A stretch of 64,000 nucleotides of DNA, from the NCBI RefSeq assembly GCF_009914755.1, contig NC_060937.1. One strand, written 5' to 3'. Within the stretch, counting starts at the first letter, position 1, and each line of letters begins with the position of its first letter. The translations under genes and the position numbers were made by a program. Positions 27,833 to 43,599 of the stretch are shown here, one piece after another. Source of the DNA: the human T2T-CHM13v2.0 reference genome, Homo sapiens. Below the pieces are notes generated by a model. It searched no databases. It was not told the origin of the DNA and was given only the letters and a program-made list of their open reading frames with translations.

Positions 27833-30079
27833 TACCATTTACTGTTATCAGAAATTAAAACAAGTCAATTCTTCTCTCTCACTTGCTGTCACTCTGAATT
27901 ATTTGCTTACAGAATAAACATAACTTTGTGTCCAAAATTACATTTATGAATTATTTGGAGTCTAATTATTCACTCTGTTTCTACTTTCCTACCTCTCACT
28001 ATCAAGAGTCATTAGTTCTTGATGATCTTAGCACTTCAGGCATTCACTTTTATCTAATTTACAAACAAAGCTGAGAAAACAAGTGATAGGTATCACTGAA
28101 TCAGTAACAAAGTTAGTGAGGCAATATAAAAAATAGCATCTTCTACAAAGGAGCTTGTATTTTCTTCCATATAATGGTTATAATTTAATGAACTACTCTA
28201 GAGCTTCAAAGTTGTCCCCAGATTATTCTCTATGTAAAGCACAATATATATTTGAAATAAATCACATATAATCCAAGAGAAGAGAAAACAAAACTGATTA
28301 GCTACTTAATTGTAAAATATTAAATGTCTTTCTATAATGAGCAGATTTTACATGAAACAAGAATCTTCTAAATATTTTAACATGACTTTTAGCAAAAAAA
28401 TGTTTTTCTTGGAAGTAAAATGATTCCTTTTGCTAAAACAGAAACAAAATTATAACTATGTAGTAAACTGAAAAATAAAGTCAGAAAAAACTTAAAATGT
28501 TAAATAAACCTGTTGGTCTCTTTTATCCCATAAATGTCAACATGCTTTTTATAATGTTTACACTAAAAAAATTAAAATTTTTTCTAAAACATTTCCTAAT
28601 TTCTCCTTTTAAGGTTCAAACTGAATTTAGTTCTTTGAAAAAAAAAACAAAAAAATTAAATATATTAAAAAGTTGAATTTTTTTGCATGCTAAGAAAGTC
28701 TAAAGTGACAGGAAAAGATAAATGTGAATGAGAAAACTTGACCACCGTCCAGCGAGTATACTATGAGAAAACAGTAACTAAAATATTTAAGATAAATGTT
28801 GAATTTTTTAAATTCTAAGAAATTTGGTTTGTATAACTCAAGGCATTACAAAACCTTGAATATTTACAGGTCTAAGACAAGCAATGAAAACGAGTGAAGC
28901 AAGGACAATATGAAAGAAAATGGAGTGATTGTAATGTCATTAAGCCAGCAAGCCCATTCCTCGCTGAGAAAAGCCTGTATTATCATAGCCTAGTGCCACA
29001 GACTACTGCCATGCAGGAAGGTGCAAAAGAACTAAAAAATCTGTATTTTTCTATGAAATTCCAAGACTTTTAAGTGTTAGTAACCAATTTTTCAATATCA
29101 CATCATACAGGTCAAATCAAACAAATGATTAGCTATTTTCTTCTACTGGAACAAGAACCGTAAGTTCTCTCAGGGTCCGAGAAGTCTGGGACTGATGGGC
29201 TCAACTAACATGCGAAGGCTAACAGGAAAAACTGCTGCACCTGGAAACACAGAGAACAAATTTTGAAAAGAAAAAGAAAACATCTTTAAAGATAAAGAGA
29301 AAAAAAAATCCTCTTTGTACTTCATAATTTAAAAATTGAAGCAGAAAAAGGAAAATGCGCTGGCAATTCATTTTCTTCTGCCAGACTTGAAAGGGTTTGT
29401 AATTTAGAATTATAATGATTGAACTGCCCTGCATCAGAAAGCAGCACCTGTTGACTCTTCTAATTGGGATTATGCTTATATTCTTTATATTTTCTCTTTT
29501 GAAACAGTATCTCAAAAGGTATAGTAAAACTAGCAAAATAGTTTATCCAAAGTTTACCAAATGATCAGCTGCTTAATTATGAGTTCAATAAAATCTGATA
29601 ATTTTAATGTTTTTAGTAATTTTGAAATGAGTGGTTAAAAAAGAATTCTGATTTTTTTTTTAGGATTCTAGATTTAATTTTCATGACAATGAAGCAATCC
29701 TTTTTTAGTGAGAAGGGAGTGGGTGAAGAGAAAAAAATCATTAGGATTTTTCTAAAATAACTTGTCTAAGTTTCCAAGAAACACAAAAATAAGTATCTCT
29801 GAAATATAATTTGGTATTATATAAAAAACTAAACAACTATATATCCAGCTCTTCTACGTATATACATAATGTAAATTCCATTCACACTCTAACCTAGGAT
29901 CACATTCATTTGTCTTGAGTCCTATTGGTTTAGAAATTCTGGGGAATAAGAGGTTAATTTTTCTGATTATATCCCAACATTAGAACTACTGATTGTCCCT
30001 CCCGTAATTCAGCATCTTTTCAAACTGTGGGCCAACAAATCAATATCTTATTATTAAAATAATAAGACTTGAATCTCTA

Positions 30080-30830
30080 CTTGTTTTCTAGGATCGCCCT
30101 AATAAAGTACACAAACTGGGAGGCTTTAAACAACAGAAATGGACTTTCTCACAGTTCTGTAGGCTGGAAGTTTGAGATCACCGCAGCAGCTGGGCCGTGC
30201 TCCCTCCAAAGGGGCTAAGGGAGGATCCGGCCTTGCTGCTTCCAGCTTCTGGCAGCTGGTGGCAGCATCACTCCAGTCCCCGCCTCCATCTTCAGGTGGC
30301 TGTCCTCCTCCTGTATCAGCCAAATTTTCCTCTTACAAGGACAGCTTCCCTAATCTAGTATGACCCATCTTAATCATATCTGCAAACTCCCTATTTTCAA
30401 ATAAGGTCACATTTACAGGTACCAAGGGTTAGGATTTCATCACCTTTTTGGGGAGACACAGCTCAACCCGTAACAATCCGCCCTCTGGTTCCCAAAGTTG
30501 ATTTCCTTCACCTGTGCAAAATACATTTTCGCCCCATGTCAACATTTCCAAAAGTCTTAACACTTTCCACATCAACTCTTCTCACCATCTACATCATTTA
30601 AGTTACAGAGGAGACCTACTGTGATTCATCCTGTGGCAAAATTTCTCTCCATCTGTGATCCTGTGAAACCAGACAAGTTAATTGGCTTTTAAAAGACAGT
30701 GGGGGCCAGGGGCAGGCATAGGACAGACAGTCCATTCCAAAAGAGAGAAAGGGGAAGGAAAAAAGGGATCATGGGTCCCAAGTAAGTCTGAAAGCCTGCA
30801 GGGAAAATCCCATTAGACTGCTTTCACTAT
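30080..30830 (-). mobile_element. MLT1 (MaLR) LTR (about 30080-30476) plus MLT1-internal fragment
   Basis: ggctttaaacaacagaaat..tttctcacagttctg..ggctggaagt...caaataaggtcacatt...ggagacacagctcaacccgtaaca, followed by MaLR-int-like sequence. Confidence 0.8.
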
Positions 30831-31049
30831 TTTCCATCTAAAATTTTTAAATGAGCTATGCAAGAGTAAAAACAAGTTATCCGACAGAGAAACTAGAGTT
30901 AGAAGTGCAGGATGAATTTACCAAGAGAGTAGGTTAAAAGGGAAACTTCTCCTTCAGGCCTATGGTGGGCATTTCTTGTTTACTCAAGAACCTACCATCT
31001 CTCACAAAATAATGTCCACTGGAATTCGATTATGTCATGATTTTGCCTG

Positions 31050-31930
<881 letters not shown>

Positions 31931-34000
31931 GGCATCACATGGTCTTTTTCCAAGGACAAGGCTGCCTGCAGTCAAGTAATAGTAATTTAATTGATACCTG
32001 AAATTCCATCACCTATTAATTTATTTCAAAGCTTTGGGCTTTCTTGTTTTAAGACACAAAACTCTGTTGAGACGAGTCTGACTTCATATAGTGCCATGGA
32101 ATTGGCCACTTTGATTTCTTACCCCAGGAAGTCACTAGACTGCATTGTTTGCTTCTTATTTATATGTACCATGCCTAGTGTCGTACCTGGCATTCAGTAG
32201 GCACTCAGTAATTGTTCAGTGAGCGAATGAAAGGTGAGAGGAAGGCAAAGTTGGAAAGGACTTACCTGATGCCTGTTCTACTTGGAGTTTGTACATTTTG
32301 TCCATTTTAGTTAAGGATTACTTTTATTTTTGCCTTTTAAAATTTCATTATACTGTATTGCCTTATAAAGAGGAGTCTGGGGTATTGTTGCACTGAGCTA
32401 AAGGGTGTATAATTCTTGTTTTATCTCCGTTATCAGCTTTGTCGATTTTAAAATTATTTTGTGTGAAATTCGCTACACCACCTTCCTTAAGGGTATGTAG
32501 TGTTGGTATTAACATAGTTGGTGTGAGAACTACTTGTAGGCGCTGAGCAGAAAGACGTGAGGGGAAGCCTGATTTTGGGTAGATGAGATATAACTAATTT
32601 TAGCTTTATTTTTCTCTTTTGTATCATGATATTCGGCACTAATAGCAGATTTTCAAATTTTAGAGTTGGTTTTTGCCTTGAAAAAAAAAGGTTTATTCAG
32701 TTTTTTAGCATTACGGTCACTGGTAATCCGAGAGTTAGAATTCCTGAGGACAATATGGGCAGGTTGTACTGGGAAGTGGAAGTAGTCTGTGCTTGAATCA
32801 AATTAAATCACTATAAAGATGACATTTGTGTTTGGTTCTGATTCTGCTTTGTCCCCCACTGACTTTCTTTTTTTTTTTTTTAATTTGTAATATATTTTGA
32901 AGAGAGATTGCTAGCTTAACTTCATCCATCCCTTCTTGTAGAAACAGTAGGGCTTGTCAGGCCTGAAGGTTTACCTGTTGGTATTTCTGAAAATCTATGT
33001 GTTAAGCACCTACAAAGTGAATTAACAAAGCCTAGCATCTGCTCCGGTCACTTGTTTCTTTCATTGAGTTCCCCCATGTGTTAGACATTCTATTGGATAG
33101 CTGGTTAAAGAAATGAAGGGCAGGGCTCTTGGGTCTGGAAGCTCACCTTTTCAGGAGAGAAGACTTTCAAACAGATAAATTGTAATAGAGAAGTATGGAA
33201 AAGTGTGGGCTTTACAGATGTACAGAGCGGGTTCGAGTTCTGTCTTTCCCAATATTAATTTGTGACCTCAAACAAGTTTTTTCTAACCTCTTAAAGCATG
33301 TGTCCTGATCTGTGAAAGAATGATACTCTGTTCTGTAGGATTGTGTGATTTAAATGAGAACCTATGTAAAGTAGCAGGTACACTTCATGGTATGCGGTAG
33401 GTGCATATTAAATGCTTTCTTTCCCTGCCTTCCTGAGTGTGCTAACAAGTGGGATTGAATAGGTAACAAAAGAATGGTCATTCCCATTAGATCAGTGATT
33501 TTTGTTTTTATCAAGATATTGAAATGTCTTTGGAACGTATAAAATTTGCTCCCAGTTTCAGCCTATGATTTTAATATGTTCATTAAATTTTTCTAAAATA
33601 TTTATTGCTTCATAGTGAACTCATCCTCTCTGATAGTTGTAGAATAATTGGTACTATGTACTGAGATCTCACTTTGTCAGATGCTGCTGTTAGTACTTTA
33701 CATATACTTAGTACCTGTATCCATGCTGTAAGGTATGTATCGTCATTCCCATTGTACATGATGAAAAAAATATGAGGCCTAGGAGGAGAAATAACATGAC
33801 CAGGGTTATAAGCTAATAATAATTATGGCTAACATCTGTAAATGCTCTGTGCCAAACACTGCTTTATATATATATATATATTATTTCATTTAATCCTTGT
33901 GGCCACTCTTAGGTTCTGTAGAAGTGACAGAGCTGGATTTTGAACCCATACCATTCAGTTTTTGTTTTTCGGAAAAATAATTAAAAATTGAAAAAAAATT

Positions 34001-34401
<401 letters not shown>

Positions 34402-34498
34402 TCAAGATTTGCTTTGTGACAAAAGTAATTTTAGTAAATATTTAAAAAGCACAATTTTGAATTTTGGTTGTAAATTGGACGTATTCCTTGGTTCTAAG

Positions 34499-34752
<254 letters not shown>

Positions 34753-35439
34753 TAAGTGAAATTTATCCTTTGTTGTTTACTGTTAATATTAGATTATAAA
34801 GTTAAAAATGTCTGAAACTATTTGAGATCCATTGGGTATAATTTTTTGTGATGAAATACATCATTAGGAATGGGGAAAATGTTATAGGAAAAGGTGACAT
34901 TTAGAACTTGTACTTTAATATGTGTATTTAATAAAATATACCTGTAATATATAATGAATGAATGATTACTGATATGGCAAATATTTGCTATATTTGGGTA
35001 ATATATATTTACATATATATTCATTTGACAGAGATTGTTTATTTATGAAAGCTTCTCCCAAAATTCTAAGAACACTTTATGTGTGCATTTACAACAAAAT
35101 TCCTCTTTTTCTATCTTTTTTTTTTTTTTAATAGTGACAGGGTCTCCCTGTGTTACCTGGGCTGGTCTTGAACTCCTAGCCCCAAGTGACCTCCTGCCTT
35201 GGCCTCCCAAAGTGCTGGGATTATAAGTGTGAGCCACTTCTTTTTCATAAGAGGTGTGAAAACCAGTTTTCATAAACCTTTTCAGGAATGCTTTTTTTTT
35301 TTAATTAAAAACCAAGTTTTCACATCAAAATGATTGTAAAGACTTTTTTTTTTAACATTTTAAATTTGAAATAGAAGTGTATACCTAGATCTCTTCACCA
35401 ACTAGGAAATCCATTGCTGAGATAGCAAAATTTTCTTTT

Positions 35440-36360
35440 TCTTTTTTTATTTTTAATTTTTGTGTGTACATGTATATATTCATGAGGTACATGAGATGTT
35501 TTGATAGAGGCATACAATGTATAATAATTACATCAGGGAAAATGGGGTGTCCATCCCCTCAAGCATCCTTTGTGTTACAAACAATCCAATTATACTCTTC
35601 TGGTTATTTTAAAATCTACAATTAAATTATTATTGACTGTAGTCACCCTGTTGTGCTATCGAATAGTAGGTCTTAGTCATTCTTCCTGTTTTTTTGTACC
35701 CATTAACCATCCCCACCTCCCCCATACCACCCTGCTACCCTACCCATCTTCTGGTAACCATCCTTCTACTCTTTATTTCCATGATTCAATTGTGTGTATT
35801 TTTAGGTCCCACAAATGAGTGAGAACATGCGATGTTTGTCTTTCTGTGCCTGACTTATTTCACTTAATGACCATCCATGTTGTTGCAAATGACACAATCT
35901 CTTTTTTTTTTTTTTTTTTTTTTTTGAGATGGAGTTTTATTCTTGTTGCCCAGGCTAGAGTACAATGGTGCAGTCCCAGCTCAACCTCCATCTCCTGAGT
36001 TCCAAGCAGTTCCCCTGTCTCAGCCTCCCGAGTAGCTGGGATTACAGACATGCGCCACCATGCCCAACTAATTTTTTTGCATTTTTAGTAGAGACAGGGT
36101 TTCACCATGTTTTCCAGGATGGTCTCGATCTCTTGACCTCGTGATCCACCCGCCTCTGCCTCCCAAAGTGCTGGGATTACAGGTGTGAGCCACCATGCCT
36201 GGCCATAATCTCATTCTTTTTTTATAGCTGAATGGCACTCTATTGTAAGTACCACATTTTCTTTGTCCATTCATCTGTTCATGGACACTTGGGTTGCTTC
36301 CTAATCTTGGATGTTGTGAACAGAGCTGCAACAACCATGGAAATGCAGATATCTCTTCTA
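35440..36360 (-). mobile_element. L1MA 3' end interrupted by an AluS (about 35901-36204); a short Alu fragment lies at about 35115-35237
   Basis: L1MA 3'UTR reverse text and Alu consensus. Confidence 0.85.
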
Positions 36361-37594
36361 TTTGCTCATTTCCAGGAAGCAGGATTTTCTATCAGCCTGA
36401 AGGAGCCGACTCTTGGTTACTCATGTCAAGGAAAACACACACAATTTAAATAGTGATCATTTATGATCTTGTCTACATAGTATTGAACTACATAGGTTTT
36501 TCCCTCACATTCAGTCAATGTTGAGCACCTACTGTGTGCCAGACACTGTCTAGGCACCAGGGATACATGCAGGAATGAAACCGACACAATCTGTTACTTC
36601 ACGGAGTTTATATTCTGGCATTAACTTGTTTTTGAAAATTTAGGCTGTAGGCCCTTTCTACAGCCTAGTTAGCTGAAGAAGCTTTCTCTGGATGAGCTGA
36701 AGTAACCTTCTCAGCATATCTCCATTTTCACAAGAGGGAAGAAAGGCACTGGGTGATGAAGGGATGTGCCCGCTGTCAGCTGGCCAGCTTGTGGTGCAGC
36801 TAGCTGCCAGCCCAGGCAGGGTATCTGTCGAGCTCTTCTTCTTTCTCCTGTTCCAACCATTTCAGGGCTGGCTGGCTGCTCAGGTCTCATGAATCCTTAC
36901 CTGGAAAGGTTGCAAAGTTTGTTAGCCTCTCCATCTTTAAAAAAAATGTATACTTGTTTTTAAAATTATTATACAGTAAAATTGACTTCTTTTGGAGGAT
37001 GGTACAGTTCTATGAATTTTAACTCGTATAAATTTGTGCAGCCCTCACCACAATCAGGATACAAAGCTGTTCCATCCACCCCCAAAAATCTCCCTGTATA
37101 GCCACACCCCCCCCCCACTAACCTCTGGCAACCACTAATCTGTTCTCTCTCCCTATAGCTTTGCCTTTTCTAGAATGTCACATAGGTGGAATCCTGTATA
37201 CCTTTGACTGACTTCTTTCACCCAGCATAACTCATCCCCATCTTTATTTTTTTTCCTTTTTTGGAAAATTTCCTTCCACCCATACACCTGATTTGAGCAT
37301 TAACACCTTTCAGATGATTATATGTTCACCACAAGCCTCCCGCTCTTAAGGAAACTGATAAAGTATCTTATTGTAAAGGGTTTTTCTCTGGAGTGAAGTT
37401 GCAGGCTCTGGGTAGTTCTGTTGTGCTGGGTTTTTGTTCTGTGCCTCCCGTATGTGCATAGGAAATGTGTCTTTGAATGATGGGGGAGCTGTGGAAACGC
37501 ACTGCCAAAAGGAGGTTTCATACCCTGTTCACCTGATTGTGTCACAGAAATCAGAAAAGGAAAATCTGTGTCAGTGAATTTCACTATTCAAGTA

Positions 37595-37960
37595 CAGTCA
37601 ACCCCTCCAGATTCGGGCATCTGTAGAGTCAACCAACCTTGGATCAAAAATATCTGGAAAAAAAAATTGCATCGGTACTGAACACATACAGACTTTTTTC
37701 CTTGTCGCTGTTGCATGAAATAATACAGTGTAACAGCTATTTACATATTATTTACATTCATTAGGTATTACAAGTAATCTAGAGATGATTCAGTGTAAGG
37801 GTTGTGCTGTGTGTCAGTTATATGATTTGATGTATGGAGTGTGCTGTGCGTCAGTTATATGCAAGTACTACACCATTTTATATCAGAGACTTGAGCATCT
37901 GTGGATTTGGGTATCTGTAGGAAGATCTAACCATTGCCCACTGATACTGAGGGGTGACTG
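37595..37960. mobile_element. MER2/Tigger3-type DNA transposon
   Basis: Terminal inverted repeats cagtca(a)cccctc and gaggggtgactg, with TA on the left side. Confidence 0.75.
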
Positions 37961-39365
37961 TTGGCATGGCTGTCACAAATCCCAGAATTCACTGTGTATT
38001 TGTTGTCTTAGTCTTCATCTTAATCAGTATTCTAGGATTTTTTTCTACATTTTTGCTTGTGGTCTTCACTAAAATATTTTAACTTTTCTGCCCTGTATCT
38101 TATCTTATTTTGACATTTTTAATATTATGTATAATATCTCATTTTGAAAACTTAAAAAAAAAAAAAAACTATGTGATTTATATATGTAGTTCTCCGGGTA
38201 AAAAAGAACCTTTCTCCTTTTTGAATTTTTGAGATGTTACCTACCAGTAATGTTGGTACTATTATAAGGCAATCGTCTTATAAACTTTTTCACTAAATAG
38301 TCATTTTGTTTTCTTTGTTTTCAACACAGTTTTTACGTAACAGAACTGTTTTCCTCATCACTATTAGAAATCAGTTGTTAATGTGCATGCTAGTGTTTTG
38401 AATTTTAATATTGATTATAAATTCACATGTAGATTAGTAATTTGTAAAAAAAAAAATGTAAATTTATGTAACTCATTTTTCAGATACTTTGGTACTAATG
38501 TTATTTTATCGTTACCAATTCTTACAACAAATATACCAAACTATGGATTTAAATGTTTTGGCATTAAAAACTATTTGATAATAAAATCAGGAAATTTTAC
38601 CTTGTGGTGATTTTATTTCATGTTATAGTCACACATCTTCTTGGCAAATAAAATATGTAGTGTTTTGTAGTTTCTCTGCTTTTTGTTACAATTGACATGA
38701 AAACGAAAATTTAGTTTTACATCATTTTATCTTTTTAAAAAAATTGTTGCTCATTTTAATTTCTAATGACTTAAGTAGCAGCAGCAGTAGTAGTTGTACA
38801 CAGTATTACATGGAGACTGAACTCATATTTTATTAAAAGGACTAAAGAGACTGTGCCTTTGTTTTCTGCACAAAGACTAGAATGTAGTTAAAGACTAAAG
38901 TGTAGTTAAATGAGTTTTGAAACTATACTATGTGTCAGTTAAAGAAAACAAGCCTCTAAGAGTTGTTTTTTGGAGCTAGGTTAACCTGTGAGAACCATAC
39001 TGCAAAGAATTTTAGCCAGAAAGTTGTAGAATATTTGAAACCAGTGTCTGCTCTTTTGATTTAATAAAGGGTTAGGAAGAATTTGCTTGGTGTTTATATT
39101 TGAAGGAGAAAAACTTTTCTGAAACAAAGTTAATAAAATTATTTTTTTTGGAAAGAAACAAACTTGGTTTCAAGGAATAACAGAATTAAATAAATGTTCA
39201 GAAAGCAGCTGCTTTGCTTTACTCGCTTAGGAAAAAGTCAGTAATGGAAATGCATAGGCCAAGCCAATGGCACATCTTAAAACCCAGTTTTCATTTTCAC
39301 CCCCAGATCCTGGAAGAAAGCTTCCCATCAAATTCCCTTTTGGTTTCGTCTTTCCCCTTTATTAG

Positions 39366-39734
<369 letters not shown>

Positions 39735-42700
39735 TAAATGAGATCAATGTAAAGGTGTCACTTGATAATCTGAGATGACAGACACCCAGGATTCTTGTCA
39801 TCACCATTATCACTTACCTTAAATAAGGGCTTTTTAGTGTCCTAGTGGCAAGTTGGACTTACTAGATTATCGCTTGATTAAATTGCTGTTGCATCAATGG
39901 CTGTGGGCCACGGGGCGAGAAGCCAAAACGCTCTATAAACAGTGTCCTTGTGGTCCCTGTTGAGTTGGAATTAGGGGAGTCTAGGGAGGCTGTGAAAGTC
40001 TGTGGGAGAGCTGGAGCAGGCTCTGGCTGAGGCTGTGATGGAGTGAATTATTTTAAAGTGATTTTGGGGTAAATGTGAGTGTTTTTAAGCCACTTATAAG
40101 AGCTCCATAGTGCTTGTTAAAATAACTGAATGGTGGACAGCGCTGTATTCCAACACACTTAGCTGCATGGCACCATGCCAGGCAGTGTATAGAGCTAGGG
40201 AGAGCCCTGGGCTCGCCAGCGTGGATTTACAACAGGGAAAAGGGGGTAACACGATAAGACGATTTCATATGCCAGAAATTGTTGGAGGAGGAGAGTGATG
40301 GCTTCTCTGGTTAGACGAGGCTTCCTTGGAAGACCCAACGCTTCAGGATGTGCAGCTGCTGCTTTTCCCCAGGTCGCCAACATTTGTTCACTTTGGCACA
40401 ATCGTGTGTGACTTTCCCCATAGCCGCTGAAAACCAACTTGCGTAATGGGACAGAACGGGGCCCTGCAGAGTGCAGATACTGGGCATGCTGACAGGGCTG
40501 AAAGTGGGGACTCCCTGGGAGAAAGCTTTGCCTCTCGGGGAAAGGCCCCTGGAAAGGAGTCAGCAGTGGGCTGCCTGCTCGAGGCTCTCTGCATGCTGTG
40601 TCCTGCCGAATTAGACGTGGGCTGGTCTCATGGACAAGCACTCTTCATTTTGTGGGAGGACAAATACAGACTGAAGTATGGGCTTTATCTCAGGGTCTTC
40701 CAACATAAAACATACTACTGGGAGATTTCCTTAAACCTCTGCAGTGGGGGCAGTGCGGGCAGCCTCTGAGCTACTGTTCCTTTGCCATGGAGTGGCTCCG
40801 TGGGTGAGCAGGTTGGGAGGAGGTAGGCCTCCACACTCACTCTCTCCCTGACTTCTGGGATCCGTGTGTGGGAGTCTGGCCCTTCTTGGTGAGTGTTTTT
40901 TGATGGGTAATGACTACCTCCGTTTCACTAGCATTCGGGAAGGCCCATGTGAATGGTAACAGAAACCCTTCGATTGATGTAAATCTTCAGTGTTTTTATC
41001 GTGAACCAACTGAGGAACAGGAGTATCCTTGAGTCTCTGAGTAGGAACTGGTGGGTGGTTCTTACAAGAAAGAGATGAATCTGAACTATAAGGAAGCTTA
41101 TAATAGAGTTATTTTCTATTACTTTTTCCTCATCTAGTTTTCTTTTGACATTTTAGACCATTAGGACATCTTGACCAAGCTCTAGGGGAAAGGGGTAGAG
41201 AGGAAAAAGAAAAGAGTAAAGCCTCTTGGTACAGACTATGTTTGAAGTTTCGTTCCTCAAACGTGTGAACTTGTGCACGCAATACAGCAAGGGAGACACG
41301 GGAATGATAAAGAAGGATAAGACGTGAAAGATACAGTCTAACTGCTAATATTGTTTCGTGTATGTACCTTTTAATAAGAGTAAAGCTTCCCAGCTAAATT
41401 GGGTTGGGGCTCTCGGTGGAATTTCCGATATCAGCTAGTACAAGAGAAAGTGGAGCCAGGGGTGGGTGGGCTGGGAATGGCATTCAGCCAGGCTGGGGAC
41501 TTGCTGGAAAGGCAAATTCTCAGGCTGTATTCCAGGAGTACTCGGGACTGGTCCCAGTGCTGTTTTAACCAACGCTCCAGGTGATTCTGAGCACTCGCTA
41601 GTTGGAGAACCACTGGGTTAGGGAGCTAAGGTCTCTCAACGCTGCTTGAGAAGGGCTGCCACAACCGCCAGTGAAGGAGATGGGTTGAGTGATTGCCCAG
41701 GGGCACTGGCTGGTACCAGGAAGGGTGTGGATTTGAGGCCAAGCCTTCCAATTCTAAGTCCAGGGACTTTTATACTCTGCCAAATAATACTAGAAACAAA
41801 CAAAATCTCCTGTCTCACCCAACCTTTTAAATTTAACATGTGAATTAACTTAGCTCCATAAAAACAATAAACTACACTTGGGTCTTTAATATAGAAAACA
41901 GAACAAACTGTTTAACACCCTGAGAAGATTCAGCTTCCTCACTTGGGCTAATATTGTTAATTTAGTTTTGTTGGGGGAATTAGCCACCTCTTGCTTTGAT
42001 GGGTTCTATTCTTTCTACCCTGCCCTGCCCAGCATGAGGAATAATCTCTAGTCCCGCAGTGGTGTAGAGCTCTGTCTATTCTGGGATGAGACTGGACTTC
42101 CTTGTCTTTTGTTCAGGCAGGAGCAATGGCATTGAAAAGTTGAAAGAAAAATAAAGTCAGCAGGAGATAGACTTTTGAGATTCTAGCTTTTGAAGCCAAA
42201 CAGATTGATCTAAGGAATTCAGTCTTTTTCTGATTCTTTGTATTGTTAACATCATCTTTGCCTGCATGTGAGTGACTTCTGGCCACCGAGGGGCTGCACT
42301 TCAGCCTGTGGCCATGTGGGAGGCATTTTCTTCCTTTTGGCTGAAGCTTTGGGTAGGATGGGAGTTAGGGAAGGTGGGGAATGGGTGGCACAACCCTCTG
42401 CCTGTAGCATTTAACCCACACAGTGGGCTTGGTGACATCCTAGCGATTTGATGTATTCCACCCCTAGAATCCAACCTTTCCTGTCATTATGGCCAGACAT
42501 TATACACTCAGGGCATAAATATGCTGCACATAGAAGCTATAGGGAAGCAATTGATACTGGGGAGATCCATTCTGTAATAATTGTGACTTGACCAGTTAGA
42601 AATATTACCCAGGGGCAAGCATTCTTAGAAATGTTTGACCATTAAGTTTCTTAAACCATTAAGAACCACCACTTTTTCTTAAATTTCTTTCCCACCAGTA

Positions 42701-42924
42701 TATATTTTAACACCTTTTAAATTCTCATAGAAAGTGCTAATTCCCTTACTATAAATTGTAAGAGAGGTATACGTAGTGGGTGGGAATAGCTGAAATTTGC
42801 CAAATTTATCAAATTTGCTGACCCATTTGAAAGGTGTGGCTTAAAGATGTACTTTTCACTCATGACCAGCTCAGTTGAGTTGGGGAGGTTCTGCCTTTCA
42901 CCATGGACTCCAAGTTCTTCATTT

Positions 42925-43220
42925 GGGCTGGGCATGGTGGCTCATGCCTGTAATCCAGCACTTTGGGAGGCCAAGACAGGCAGATCACTCAAGCCCAGGA
43001 GTTCAAGGCCAGCTTAGGCAACATGGTGAAACCTCCTCTTTATAAAAAATACAAACATTAGCCGGGAGTGGTGGCATGCGACTGTAGTGTGAGCTACTTT
43101 GGCTGAGGTGGGAGGATAGCTTGAGCCTGGGAGGTCAAAGTTGCAGTGAGCTGTGATCACGCTACAGCATTCCAGCCTGGGTGACAAAGTGATACTTCGT
43201 CTCAAAAAATAAATAAATAA
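42925..43220 (+). mobile_element. AluJ
   Basis: Diverged Alu with an (AAAT) tail. Confidence 0.88.
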
Positions 43221-43599
43221 GTTAAAGTCCTTTTTTGATACTCTGCATCCTGACAGCTAATGATAACAGACATAGAGTGTGGATGATAATTCTGTAGGAC
43301 ACTTTAAGGGCATGATCTGGAAGTGGCTGACATCAATTTTGCCCACATTTTATTATGCAGAACTCCTTACATAGCCTCACTTAGATTAGAAAAAGTTAAA
43401 AAAAAAAAAAAAAGTTTTCCTGGTGCCCAGAGGGAAAATGAAATGTTTTGGTGAACACGTAGAATGGTTTCTGCCATAGGTTTTATGACTCATGAATGGT
43501 TAGGAAACATTGCCGTGGGCATTCATGTGTGAAAGGGTATGTTTTGCAGAGTATCATGATTTAGTTTGTCAGGCCAGCTGGGTCACAGAGGAGTTGTTA

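Noticed and set aside
28870-29240. Two adjacent minus-strand exon-like segments (29240-29085 and from 29031)
   Set aside because: The implied intron is only 53 nt, the donor is weak and the frames I translated contain stops. Only the 29241 acceptor was kept as a note.
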